Shown piece by piece: positions 42,814-57,421 of a stretch of 64,000 nucleotides of DNA. The stretch is from Paramecium tetraurelia (lineage: Eukaryota): assembly GCA_000165425.1 (NCBI GenBank), contig CT867986.1, positions 124,001 to 188,000 of the forward strand, read 5' to 3'. Numbering within the stretch: position 1 is the stretch's first letter; every line of letters starts with the position of its first letter. The notes under the pieces were generated by a model that made no database searches, was not told where the DNA came from, and saw only the letters and a program-made list of their open reading frames with translations. Both the position numbers and the translations under genes were made by a program.

Positions 42814-43953
42814 TCAAGAAAATCTAAAAATTAGTATAAATGTAATATCATCTCTACCTAAACTTATTAGTTTCCACTACTTTTAAGCTTCTAGCATTAA
42901 CATATCAGCTGCTTTTTCTATCTAGAGTGGATAGTATCTACTTATTAATTTACATATCTAATAATAATTGTTATTAATTCTACATCCTCCTCGCTTAAAT
43001 GTTCAAATAATCCATCGCTACCTATTAAGATAAAATGGTCATCCTTTGTTAGTTGTATTTCAAATATTTCTGGCACTGCAATAATTCCAGCCTTAATTCC
43101 CATTTTATCTCCAAAAGACCTTGTCATTGCTAATCCTGGCATATCCTCATTTTGCATCCAAACTCTCAAAGGACTTCTTGGTCTTCCATATACATCTATT
43201 TAGATACATTAAATTTTACTACCTTTATTACATTCTATTCTTCCACCAAACTTAATGATTCTATCTCTCTCTAGTCCTATTGGTTTATGTAATCTATTTA
43301 ATCTTATTGATTAGTATTTATTCATCAACTATCTTCTCCCTAAGATTGCTTTTGAATCTCCTACATTACAACAAAATAGATGATGTTCTTTAATATGGAC
43401 ACTTATGCCAGTCGATCCTCATTCTTATACAATATTACCTGATAATTGAGTATCAATATTAGACTCTAATAATTTATTATTCAACAATTCATAAGCTACT
43501 TTCATTTCATCTGCATTTCCTATATCACTTTTAATAAATTCTATATGATTGTTATTTTTTCATACTTTCTAAATTAAATTTGATGAACGAAGAAACTAAA
43601 TGACCGAATTTGCCATGACCATCATAAATCCCAAATAACTTGTATTGTAAATCTTTTAAAATCAAATAAGAATCTTAATTGACTTTTTGTTGATTATTGA
43701 TGTTTAATCCACTTAAAGTTCTTGATTAATAAGATAAATTCCCTATCAGATCTTTAGTTCTATCAGATTTTAAATCAACTGTGTTAGTTGAAATATCTAA
43801 TTTTTTCAATCCGTATTTTAGATTTTTTCCTTTTAGTTAATGAATAGATTTTCTTTCTGGAGATTGTTAGAACAAAAATATATTCGGCAAAAGGAGAGCT
43901 TTTTCTTGATTTGCTCTCACAGGCGTATAATTTGCTTTTCTAAAGTAATTCAT
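42814..43953 (-). CDS. Protein phosphatase 2C
   Basis: NQDSY, FGIYDGHG, CNVGDSKAILG, GLAMTRSFGD, GSDGLFE, RDDIT. Confidence 0.93.
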
Positions 43954-44284
43954 ATGTTTATTAATATAATTATTTGCTATTAATAAAATAATAATAAATG
44001 AAATAGCAAGTATATTATGATTCATCTTTAATTTTTTAAGATAATTATTAAATTCAATAGCAGCCAAGCCTCTATCATTCTCTTAAATAAAAACTATATT
44101 CAATTTCTTTGATGTGTTTGTTTTACTTTATTTCAACATAAACAATATAATTCTTCAGGCATTATGATGAAATCAGACTACATATAAAAAAATCAAAATA
44201 ATTAAGCTCAACTAATATTGGGATTAAAACTAATGATTTATTCAGATTTATAATTTTTATTTTCTTTGTGCTTTCGATATATTA

Positions 44285-44785
44285 ATGAATTCATGTTAAT
44301 TCAAAAATAGAAGTCTACACATTAATAAATTCCATTCACTTACACCCTCTCATAGAAATTAGTATTCAAACAGGCAAAATGAATAGGTTTTCAGTTTCAG
44401 CAACGAAGAATAAGTTTCATAACGCAAATACATGCCTTTTATCTACACCAAATATAAACCATATTCACATTAAAGACGAATGCAGAACAATGTTGCTTAG
44501 TCTGGTGATTACTTTAATAGCACTATAGAGCAAACTTCCTTTAATTAATTTCAACTAAAAAGTCCCTGTTCGATATCTCCGTTAAGGAAAAAAACATTAA
44601 ATTCCTTTTTATTTACAGATTGTACACAAAATCAACAATAAAGTCCTATTAACTGCAAATCAGAAGTGAGATAGTTTTCATTTGATTTACCTCAAATGCA
44701 GATGCAACAATTTCCCAGAAAAAGAGAATACACGATTTTTAAAAAGAAGAAAAAAGTGTATGCATTAAAAATGTAAAATAAGTGA
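44285..44785 (+). CDS. Hypothetical protein, 166 aa
   Basis: ATG-to-TGA span of 501 nt read under code 6; no family recognised. Confidence 0.6.
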
Positions 44786-44814
44786 ATTTTTTAACTTTTT
44801 AATATATATATTTA

Positions 44815-45339
44815 ATGAATATTGATCCATTTAATCTATTTTATGAGGAATTCAAATATAAATTAAAAAAACACAATATTGCATGTCCCCATCTTGAAAC
44901 ACAGTAACTTGCAAGAAAAGAGTGGGAATAAATGAGTGAAATAGAACAATTTCGATTTGTATACATAGCAAAGAGGTAAGATGAGGCATATTTAAATTTC
45001 AAAAACAAAAGCGAAATCAATTAAGAAAATCCTAATTAACACAACAAAATGAGCAAACAGGATTACAAATCTCTTAAACATCAATTCCAAATCAATTATT
45101 GCAAAAATGAGAATTGTGAAAACTAAGCGGTATAAATTGAAGAAGAACTGCTAAAAATGTACTAAGATATAACTATAAATCGTTATGCAATAATGGGAAA
45201 ATTTGGGGCGGTTAGTTTATTTGGAATATAAGAAAAAAGGCAGTCGGTTTTAATTTGGCACACATTAATAGATGGTCCTATTAAGAAATATTAGTTAAAA
45301 GAGTTGCATTAAAAAGTTTAGAGGTTTCTCACTCCTTGA
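44815..45339 (+). CDS. HMG-box-like protein, 174 aa
   Basis: DPFNLFYEEF..LARKEWEQMSEIEQFRFVYIA..Y pattern. Confidence 0.65.
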
Positions 45340-45625
45340 ATTTACAAAATTGATTAATTACTTTAATTTATCATATTATTAAAGATAATTTTAATAGATT
45401 AGGATTACTATAGCATAGTGATTTTTGTTTTTAAAATAAAATAGATATATTCGTATTCCCTTATTGTGTATGAAGTTCCTACATTTATAACTGTTATTGG
45501 TTTTAAGGATTTAAAATTATTAAGTAAAGTCATGCTTAAATACTAATATTCTCATATATAGATAGTTTATATATTTTTAATATTTTAAACAATAATAATT
45601 ATTTATTTGGATGAATATTTTTATA

Positions 45626-46676
45626 TCATTGATTAGGGATAGCCACATTATAATGACCAGGCCTAAATATTATATGTATTTCAAGCAAAGTCTACGCATT
45701 TCCAATTTTATATTCTTAAACTTATAATTTTCGACTATCCTCATCTATAAAATACAAAATGATATCGCTAAGAATGTAATAAAAGTAATTACATATGTAG
45801 TTTTCTCGTCAATATATTAATAACCGATTGATTATTTTCACAATCATATTCCCAAGTCAAAATTTGTTTTTATAAATCCAAGTCGAATGCTTCAAATATA
45901 TTTTTAGTTTCCTCATCCTCAAAGCAAAATTTATATATTAAATTTCTGAGAAATATTATACATAAACCATAGAATTATTCTTCAGGATTTGAAAATAGTC
46001 GTAAGAATTCTTGCTCTCTTTATTCTAACTCTACAGTTCTCAGATATTCACAGTAATTAAGAAATTTTTAACACATTTCCTCATTTTATTCGTACAATTG
46101 TTCAGAGTGTATTACTGAAAAAGGAAGCGATTAAATCATTTTGATAAATTCTTCGAATTGTTAATCTGATGCTTTTGTAAACATATGCCTTAGGTATTGA
46201 AATCCAAAAGATGTGTAAAAACAATTACCATCTCCTCTTGCTCTTCTCATACCATTCAAAAGAGTTTATAATTGTTATTTGACTTGTTAATTATTCAAGC
46301 CATATTCTTCAAGTAAATAATCTTGACCTTTTTAATCACCTATAAATGGTTTGAATTCTTCAGGCACATCTCTAGCTCTTAATGTTTCATTATAAATTTA
46401 TTCTAGCAATTCGCTTTTTTTAATATCTACAAGTTGAATTCTCGATGGTGGTTTTGGTTATGGTTAAGGTTATGGTTATGGTTATATTTCTGGTTCTGGA
46501 ACATTCTCATCAATGTTACTTTTTTTTATTTGTGATTATCTTTATATATGATCATATTTTTTTTTGAAACCATAAACAAAACCAAAACCAAATAAAATAA
46601 ATACTACTGCTGCTGATTTCTTGGGTTTAAGATGATATAATCCAGATTTATAAAATGCGGCCCTAAAGATTTCCAT
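45626..46676 (-). CDS. Otubain-family (peptidase C65) deubiquitinase with N-terminal TM anchor
   Basis: MRRARGDGNCFYTSFGFQYL (Cys), IFRPGHYNV (His); AAVVFILFGFGFVYGF TM; QP-repeat linker. Confidence 0.9.
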
Positions 46677-47482
46677 AAATATTTTTTATATTGTTTATAT
46701 TAATCTATAATAAAATTAAAACTATATTTGCGATTTTGCTTAGTCAATTTAAGAACTTCTAATTATATGATTTATTGTATGGAGAAGAAATGTTAGAGAT
46801 GGATGTATGCTTATCTAAAAATATAGTAAATAGGTTATCTAATTCTATTAGCACATGAATAATTAAATTAAAAATAATTTTTGTAGAATAAATATTTTAA
46901 CAATAAAAGCAAGTTATATTGTTCAAAATTCAATAACAGCGAGTATATGCTATAACTAGTAAACTTTAAGGATAAGCGAAGAATTCATACGTCTACTTAA
47001 ATAATATAGATAATTGAAGTTTTTGGTGAATTAGAAATCATCTGATTTATTGTATTTGTTATTTACTACTCTAATAAGAGATTGAGATGTTATAATAATA
47101 ACATTGCTACTACATTTATGCAGTATAGAAAATATATAAAGATGAAAAACATGAGTCAACAAATATTTTATGTTCATAAGACACTTAAAATAATTGAGGA
47201 TACTAATCTATGAAGTTGAGAATGAATTACTAAAAAATAGTTCATGATTGGCAAAGTTTATAGTAGCAATGAAAAATGGAACATTAATAAAATTCTATTT
47301 ATATAATCATTTAAACAGATTTAATTGAATAGCTCAAAAAATAAACTAATTTATACAATATAATTTATATTAAGTATTTAAAACCTTCATCAATGAATGT
47401 GGTTTTCTAAGATGAACTAGAGAATAGTTTATAATTGAGTAGTTAATCAATAGTTAAAGCTAACTCTTATGTATATAATTAG

Positions 47483-48529
47483 ATGTTGAAAATAAATAAT
47501 GGAGTGAAAACCTATGGGTTGTCCTCAATCTTAATTAATTAAAATAATGACCCAGAGAATCTGATGATATCGGAATTAACATATCGCTCACTTTCCAACG
47601 ATGTTGACTCAAGGTTAATTTAGGAGTTCTAAAGTAGAAGGCACATTATAGAGCCTCATTAAATATAGATAAGATAACCATCACCCTTTTAGCTAAATAA
47701 ATAAACATGTTAGATTTGTCTAAACGAACTTAGCAATATCATAATCATAGAATAGTGCAATCATCAGTTTTGTCAGAAATGCATAACCTTATACTTATAC
47801 AATAAAATAATATCTGGAGAAGTATAGAAGATCACATGTCCGTAATTTGGTTGTTGCACAGTTTTGAGCGAACTGTTAATTAAATAAAATATCAATCAAG
47901 AGGTTTATCTGAAATATTAAAGGTAGTAATATCATCAATACTGAAGGTTCTTGTTAATTAAGCAATATGAACATGTAGTCAATGGTAAATGGTGTCCAAG
48001 GCCTGATTGTTTTAATTTTGTTTTCCAGTAAGGACAAGAAAAAATACTATAATGCAGTTGTGGATAATAATTTTGCTTTGATTGTGGAAACCCAAATCAT
48101 CCCAACAAAACTTGCCAAGAAAGTGTCGACTAAGTATTCGCTTAAGCATTACAAAATTATAAAATATAAAAATGTCCTAATTGTAAAGCTAACATACTCA
48201 AAAATGGTGGCTGCAATCATATGACCTGCACAAAGTGTCATTATGACTTTTGTTGGCTCTGTGGATGCAGGTATACCTCAATTCATTATGATTGGATGAA
48301 TCCATGTAATTGTCCTGGAGAATAATATCAAGAACGAGATCCATATGCATATCCTAAAATTTTAATTTGCATTAGAGCCATATTGAAACTGTTAATTTAT
48401 GTGCTGCTGTCTCCTATTTTAGCCTTGGCAGGATTAGGAATGATTGTTTATGGAATTGGATACTTATTATCTAAGACTTGTCATCTCTGTAGATGTCTCA
48501 AAAGGTGTTGCTAATCTGTATGTAATTGA
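47483..48529 (+). CDS. RBR (RING1-IBR-RING2) E3 ubiquitin ligase with C-terminal TM and Cys-rich tail
   Basis: [52 protein letters not shown]. Confidence 0.92.
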
Positions 48530-48575
48530 AATTGACTTAATATTAATTGTTAATAATGTAAACATAATTGAATAT

Positions 48576-48648
48576 GGCCGTCTGGCTCAATTGGTAGAGC
48601 ACCAGATTTCGGGTCTGGGGGTTTAGGGTTCAAGTCCCTAGGTGGTCG
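48576..48648 (+). tRNA. tRNA-Arg(UCG), intronless
   Basis: 73-nt cloverleaf: acceptor GGCCGTC/GGTGGTC, D arm GCTC/GAGC, anticodon stem CCAGA/TCTGG with loop TTTCGGG, T arm TAGGG-TTCAAGT-CCCTA. Confidence 0.93.
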
Positions 48649-48654
48649 AAGTTA

Positions 48655-48667
48655 TTTTTGTTTTTTT
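48655..48667 (+). terminator. Pol III oligo-T terminator of the tRNA
   Basis: TTTTTGTTTTTTT just 3' of the tRNA. Confidence 0.6.
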
Positions 48668-49150
48668 AATATTTAAAAATAAGAACTTTTTATGGCACAC
48701 ATTATAATTAATTCTAATATTAATCCAATCAATTCTCTATCTATTGTCTAAGAGTCTATTCAAATAGAAATAGGCAGATATTCTGAATCAAATTACCTTA
48801 GGGTTTCGAATGTAATAAGTCATGGATAGGAATTCAATCTCTATATACATAATTATACTTAAAAATTTAAATTAAATCAATTTAAGTTGGAAATCATTTT
48901 ACTTCCTATTATTAGATGAAATAATAGAATTTTAGGTTCTTATTGATTTTAAAAGAGAATGTGTTTGTATAAATTACTATTCTTTCTTTAAACAGTACGG
49001 TAACAATAATTTCATAAATATTAAATACTTTACCTTTTATTATCTATTTTCATAGATAACTTTAAGTTCAGAAGAATGAGAATGATATTTACTAGATTTA
49101 TGGATGGAATATAAATAACAAATTATAATTGAGAATATATAATATTTTTT

Positions 49151-49834
49151 ATGAATAAAACTAATAACAGTATAAAAGATTTATAGCTTAGACTTCTTAT
49201 TTCTGAATCTGAAAAGTAAGTGGCTGTCTAGAAATTAAATGATTTAAAGCGTAGTGAGCGAACTAAACCCAGTTTATCCTTATTTGCACCATCCAAAGAT
49301 TAAGCTAAAAGAAAGGATAAAGTGGGTAAATTGCTAATAGATTTAATGAATTTGATTGCTACTAACAATTCCCTACAATGCATGCTTGAAATTAATTCTT
49401 TAGAGAATATGATGAAAATATTTGATTAAGGAAAATGCTATAAACTCCTCAAGAAGATTATAAAGCCCTTTACTTTGCTAATCACATATTTATTAAATAC
49501 AAATATCACAGAAACTTTGAGTGTGAGAAGTGAAAATTAAACTCTTCAACATCTTAGTAATTATAATTCAGTTCAAGCTGGAATTCAAACTCCAATGTCT
49601 TAAGTGATAACAATCAATTCTAATAATATGCACAATCACAAAACTTCATTTCCCAGCTCCATAGCTTTTAAGCCTCCTAGCGAAGCTACTACTCCAGAGA
49701 AAAGTGTGAAGCAAGCTCCAATTTCATAACCATAATAAAAACAAACAATATCACAACATAAAGGCATAGGGAAAACACAAAAGCCTGTATCAAGAAGGAC
49801 AGCCACTACTAGGATGAATACTTGTGGAGATTGA
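49151..49834 (+). CDS. Hypothetical protein, 227 aa
   Basis: Intronless 684-nt frame MNKTNNSIKDLQLRLL...RMNTCGD*. Confidence 0.7.
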
Positions 49835-50413
49835 GTAAAAAAGGAAAGATGATTTCAATATAATCTATTTTTAATATATATAATTGATAACCTGACTATT
49901 AAATATGAAATCATTTAAGTAGAAACATTGTTGATGATTAGCAATCTTAACAAAAAATTCTTTTGAGATATTGTAGTATATAATATATTTAATATATTCG
50001 ATGATAAATTAAGGGTAAAATTTTAGAGATTTAGGACAGTTCAAAGTCATTTTCTCAAGATTCACCAAATCAAATAATAAAGAGATATTGAAACAGTTAA
50101 AATATTCTAGGATGTATAAGAATTGAATTCTAATAAAAAGTTATTTTATTATTTACTATATTTTTTTAAGATACACAAGAATATTTGAATATTAAATAAC
50201 TCAACATCAAACACTAGGTTATCAATATAATATCATTTTTATAATTAATCAAATATGGAAGTAGAATGATATAGAGTTAGTCATGTTATAAGAATTTATT
50301 TAAATCATGACTGTAAATGTAATTGGGAATTTAAATTACTTTTAAGAAATTCCTAAAAGAATTTATAAGTATGATTTGGATGGTGTGTTTGTTTATTTAT
50401 TTTATACAATAGA

Positions 50414-51872
<1,459 letters not shown>

Positions 51873-52630
51873 TAAAACTTTTGATTTAAATAAAAAGATT
51901 TGAATCCACCTCACTTAAATTACATTAAATAATCCCTATCAAAATCATGCGTATGTTTAATTTATGATGTCATTTCTAAATAAATGTAAGATGCGTATAG
52001 TCCCCCATAAATTTCATATTCTCAATTCTTATTTGTAATTTTTTATATATTTTTCAGTAGCACAATTTTCATCCATTGTATGCTGTTATTTTCAACATAT
52101 TGTTGAATAAAAGAAGAAAGCCTTAAAACAATCACAAAATAATTTTATATCATAAAATCACTTCCAACACAAATCGACCTCTCCCACTAATTTCACTCCT
52201 CAATATTGCTCTTTCTAACCATTAAATCACGAATCCTCTCCCTTTCAACCCATATTTGAACTTCTTTGATCAATCAGATCATCCAAAATTATTGTCCATC
52301 ATATTTCATAGTACTCTTTGTCTACTATTCATCTTTCGTACCCCCCAAATTGATCAATCTCTATTATGCATTCCTCTCCCTCCTCCTCAATCACTTATAA
52401 TCACTTTTCATCCAGGTTGTTAGATTATTATTTAATATATTTTATATTTAAATATTATTTAACTAAACAATTATTCGCAACTTACATTCAAGATGAAAAT
52501 GTTGTATATTCTACCTAATCTACTTTAATAAAATTGATTTTTACTTGAACTTTTGATCATTAATTTTAAATGTTCGTATGCATCCCCTAATATAATCTGC
52601 TCCTAATACTTAAGGATTATTTAATAATTA

Positions 52631-52631
<1 letters not shown>

Positions 52632-52668
<37 letters not shown>

Positions 52669-52700
52669 TAATAATGATAATAATGATAATAATAATAATA
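52632..52700. repeat. (AAT)n microsatellite with AATGAT variants
   Basis: TAATAATAAT...AATGATAATAATGAT run seen directly. Confidence 0.9.
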
Positions 52701-52733
52701 TATTCAAAATCAGAATGCCTTAGTAATAGAGAT

Positions 52734-53129
52734 TCATTAATTGAAATAGTCTTCTATTCTAGTTTAAACTAATCTTGTTTAAAACTACCTCTTCCTCTAT
52801 TATAAGCATTCCATTCTTCTATAGATTTCCCTATTACAAACACACCTACATTCAATGTTTCCTTGATACTCTGTGCTAATTCCTCTATAACCTGTCAACC
52901 TTATTTAGTTTATATTATCCTTCTTATATATGTCATAGTTTTGGAAGTAAACCATATCGTTTAAATTGATATCAATACATGTATATACTCTAACGTATAT
53001 CTTTCTTCCATCAAATTTTTTATTTTTATGAACTTCTTAAAATGCAATTTCTCTGAAAGAAATACATTGAGCATCATATTTAATATCATCTTTTTAGACG
53101 ACGATGCCACAAAAATTTTAGTTAAACAT
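52734..53129 (-). CDS. 131-aa protein, putative single OB-fold with C-terminal PIP-box
   Basis: Intronless 396-nt frame MFNQNFCGIVVQKDD...LVQTRIEDYFNQ*; fold is inferred from beta-strand pattern only. Confidence 0.65.
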
Positions 53130-53582
53130 TTCTAAAAATATATATAATAATAATAATGAATCTCTATCAGCTATAAATACACAATTTCGTAATTTCTGAT
53201 AAATACTATACATTAATGTGATTCATCATTTCTATTACCTATTTATACAACATTTTATATATAACATTTATTAATCATTCCATAAACCTAATATTTACAA
53301 TATTGTAATTCTTTTTCATTTTTTGTAATATTTGATTATGTTAGTCTATTTAAAAAAAGAATTACTTTAATTCAATAGAGAAAATGTAAATAAACAAAAA
53401 TCATAGATTTTCTGAATAATGCTCATTTAAATTCTATATTATAGCAAGAATCATTGTATGTTACTAATCCCCAGTTTACATGCAGAATTTTTGGATGTTT
53501 TTACTTAAGTATATTTGAATAAGTTTGGAATACTATTACTTTTATAATACTATTATTATAAAAAATATAATTAATTATTATT

Positions 53583-55314
53583 ATGTAACCAGATTAGATT
53601 GAAGAGCAGAAGAAGAAAATTCAAGAAAGTGAACATAATGCAAGGAAAAAGGAAATTGAAATGCAATTTAAGAATGTTTTTGATGAGGCAAAAAAAATAT
53701 TGAAAAGAGAATATTATGAGAATGAAATGAGTGACAAATTAAGAAATTTGTTGGAGTGGATAGAAGTAAAGAATTATATGAATCTTATTTAGAGTGATAT
53801 AAGCAAATTATCAGAGAAGAATGACAGAGACTTTGTGAAGAAATATAAATCATTTGTGGAAACTTATCGAAGCGGACTAGTAGAATTTAAAGAGATTCTT
53901 TTGAATTTAAAGAAGGTTTTATAATAAATTTACAAAATAGATTGAGGAGAACCGCTAAGAAATTAAAAAAGTCAAAATTAATAGTATTAAGCAAAATCCT
54001 TAATCTTTAAATACTGAAATTAAGTTTTCAGAAAAAAGGTTATAAAGAATGAGAGCAGGCGTTAATTTGATTTAAGTGCTGGAAGAATCTTTAGCAAGAA
54101 AATATTAAGAAACTATGAAGAAATCTCTTTAAGATTAGCCAATCTAAAAGGAACCCGAGTAACAAATGGATTTAAGTGAAACTGAAATACAAATATTTTA
54201 AGAGTTAGAAAATGGATTAAAAAAAGAAAGAGTATCGCAAACCAACGTAGACTTAGATAAAGACATATAAAAATAAAAAGACATTTAGATCTTCGATTAA
54301 GTTGAAAGAGCCTTAGAAGAATAAAAAGAGAAATATTAAATAATCTTCAAGGAATTTGATAAAGGATTCCAAAAATAGAAGGTGAAATGTGAATCAATTG
54401 TGAAATCATCCTATAAACCTGTAAAAGGAGACTTAGACTTCACTCATAAATATTAGGATACTTATTTTAAAAATTATTTCAGAGAGAAGTTTAAATTGGC
54501 TAACTATTTCCTTGGTGATTAATTAATTAAATTATTTTTACATGAAAATTAGAAATATGTGAATAAGGTCTTGAATAAGAACTCGAATTCATCTTAACAA
54601 AATTCTTTTAATGAAAAGAAAATTTACAATAAAGAATTAGACCCTAAAAATTTTATATAATAGGATGATTTGGAAAGCAACGGAAAAGCATTGTAGAAAA
54701 TACTCAAAATAAATGAAGAAATACAAAAAGAACTTTTATAAGATGAGCATTAAAGAAATATAGAGGAGATGAATAAAATTGAAATACAAAAAAAACAAGA
54801 ACATTGGGAAAAGGTGTTGTAGTAAGACGATCATCGAAAGTCTACCCCAAACCTTATAAAAAAAGCCTCATAAGTTTAATTGAAGAAATCACAGACAGTC
54901 GAAAAAAAAACTATCAGCATCAAGCCAGTCATTTCCTCTTTAAAAAAGAGAACCATATATTACTAAGCTCATCCGAATTTTCCGTTAATAAGTGAAGTTT
55001 ATAAATCTCATTAAAATGTCCCTGAAGAAAGATTAAAGAAGGCAGCCATAGGATACGATATTATTTAATAACCTTCCAGAACCTTATTTACTCCACCTAC
55101 TAATGTGAATTCATAATTAGAAAACAAAAATAAAGTATTAAAATTAGAAGATGATATCTACCCACAACAACCAAATTTAAGAGTACCTCGAACAGCAGTG
55201 CAAAATTTTAGAGGAACATTTTTTCCTAGCTCTCAGCATGGTTTATCTCGCTAAAATTATTAAGATTATAAATCACTTACAACATTATGGGGAGAATAAT
55301 GGAATAATTATTGA
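53583..55314 (+). CDS. Hypothetical coiled-coil, Gln/Glu/Lys-rich protein
   Basis: MQPDQIEEQKKK.. long code-6 frame with tiny introns, ends WGEQWNNY*. Confidence 0.7.
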
Positions 55315-56434
55315 AAAATTTATTCATATTTGTTATTAAAAATTTTCATCTTTTTACTACATATTAAATGCATTCTTATTATATTTATAAATCAATAAAT
55401 TATCATCATTTTTTGACTCAATCTCTTATTGAAAGACAACAAATATCATGTGTATATTATTCAATATGGATTGATGAAATTAGGGTCTTTACACAAATAA
55501 TTCTATTGTATTATTCTTATATTTTCTCCAACTCTGCTCTGTCAACATTTTAGAATTTTTTAAAAATATTGTAAGAAGCATTTGTTGATCAAATTATGGC
55601 TGAAAATTTGGTGAACTAATAAGGTTTTAATGACAATATTTCAAATAATTGTTTAGGGATTTAAGTGACAATAAATTCTACTTTTAAATAATTTCAATTT
55701 TAATTATCAAAGCATAATAGAATGATTTGGTATGCTCTCTGACTTTTTTTTTAACTAAGAAACTAGAATATCTTATCTCTACTTAATTCATAAACCTAAC
55801 AATAAAAATTGTTAAATATTGCTATGTAAAGTGACTTTAATTCTAATTCAAATTTTATCCACTTATCTTATATAATAATAATATAGTTTTTAGCCTCTAA
55901 TTTCATCCTATTTAGATATTTTCTATTCAAAAACAAGATAATTATTAGTTAGATCCTTCATTTTAGACAAAAAGTGAATCTCAACTTGAGAGTATATCTT
56001 TCTTTTTACTTCAGGAAATCAACTTCTTTTTGATTTTCTTGTGTTATTTATCAATTATTCCTGTTTCTTTGGCATCATCAAGCCAATTCATATATAGGAG
56101 GTTCATTTTTTCTTTTTCTTTGATGAATTATGTAAGAGGCTCATTTTTCTAGATAAAATGATAATCTGATATTCCTATTAATTATTAAGGATCATCTTCG
56201 TTTAAATCTTGGAAATAAATATCAATAAGCCTTAATAATCATTTATTTTAGTTGATAATTAAGTATATGTTATAGATTTATGAGTAGATATCTAATATTT
56301 TGATCAATAATTCAATTAATGGTCACACATAAAATAATTTAACTATATTTATCATTTTATCTAAAGAATAGTTATATATTTGAAAAGAATTGAATTAAAT
56401 TATTTTATTTAACAGTAAATTTTGATATCAAATC

Positions 56435-57421
56435 ATGAGCTATTCTGAAAAACACAAAAGAAATACTTCACCAGTTTTACGTACAACAAGCGAAGACAGA
56501 TCAAAGATATGCTAAAATAAGGATAATTACATACAATATTTAGAATAACAACTATAAAAAGTAAACTGAATTTTTATTTAGACATCAAAAGTAGTGTATT
56601 AGAAATATGAAGAGAGAATGAGGCTGGTTGAAGAAACATTATAGGAACACGATGAAAAATTTGAGAATTTTATAAAACTAATCAAATTATTGTAGCATTT
56701 TGCAACAACTCAGGAATAAGAAAATGCAAATATAAGAAATCACGTTAATATATCAATGGAAGAAATATATAGTAATGAATTGACAAAATTAAAAATGCAA
56801 AATGGAAAAATTGAATAAGAATTATTTGAAATTCAATAAACTTATTAAAAAGAACAACCTATATTATAAGAGTTTGAATTAATACTTAATAGAAAGATTG
56901 ATGTGATTATGGATGAATTGAAGCAAAGTGCTTTAAAGACTGATTATTAAAAGTTAGAATAGAGATTATCGAAGTTTGAATTAAATGTCAAATCAGAACA
57001 ATAACAAAAAATAAATGAATCAGAAAGACAATTAAATAGTAGTCTAACTCATTAACAATAATTAAATGATCTTAAAATAGTATTGGATAGTGTAATCTAA
57101 GATTAAGAACATACAAAAAATACAGTTTAACAATTGTAAAACGAAATCTTCTTTAATAAACGCAAATCATAAAATCAATAAATTAGAAAATCAATCACCA
57201 AAGAATCCTTATACACAGAAAATGAAACTTTAGCAATCAGACCCGCAAAAGAGATGAAAGAAAATATAAAGAAATTAGACAATAAAAGAAATAAGAGCAA
57301 ATCAAGTATGAGTAGAAGTGGGTCAAGAAATGCGAGGCTAGAAACTATTAAAAAGCAGAAATAGGAAAATGTCAAAGATTTAATTAAAAAGCATAAATAA
57401 TCATCTTAAAAGTACATTTGA
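56435..57421 (+). CDS. Hypothetical coiled-coil protein
   Basis: MSYSEKHKRNTSP..YIQYLEQQLQK; intron near 56561-56581; ends SSQKYI*. Confidence 0.7.
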
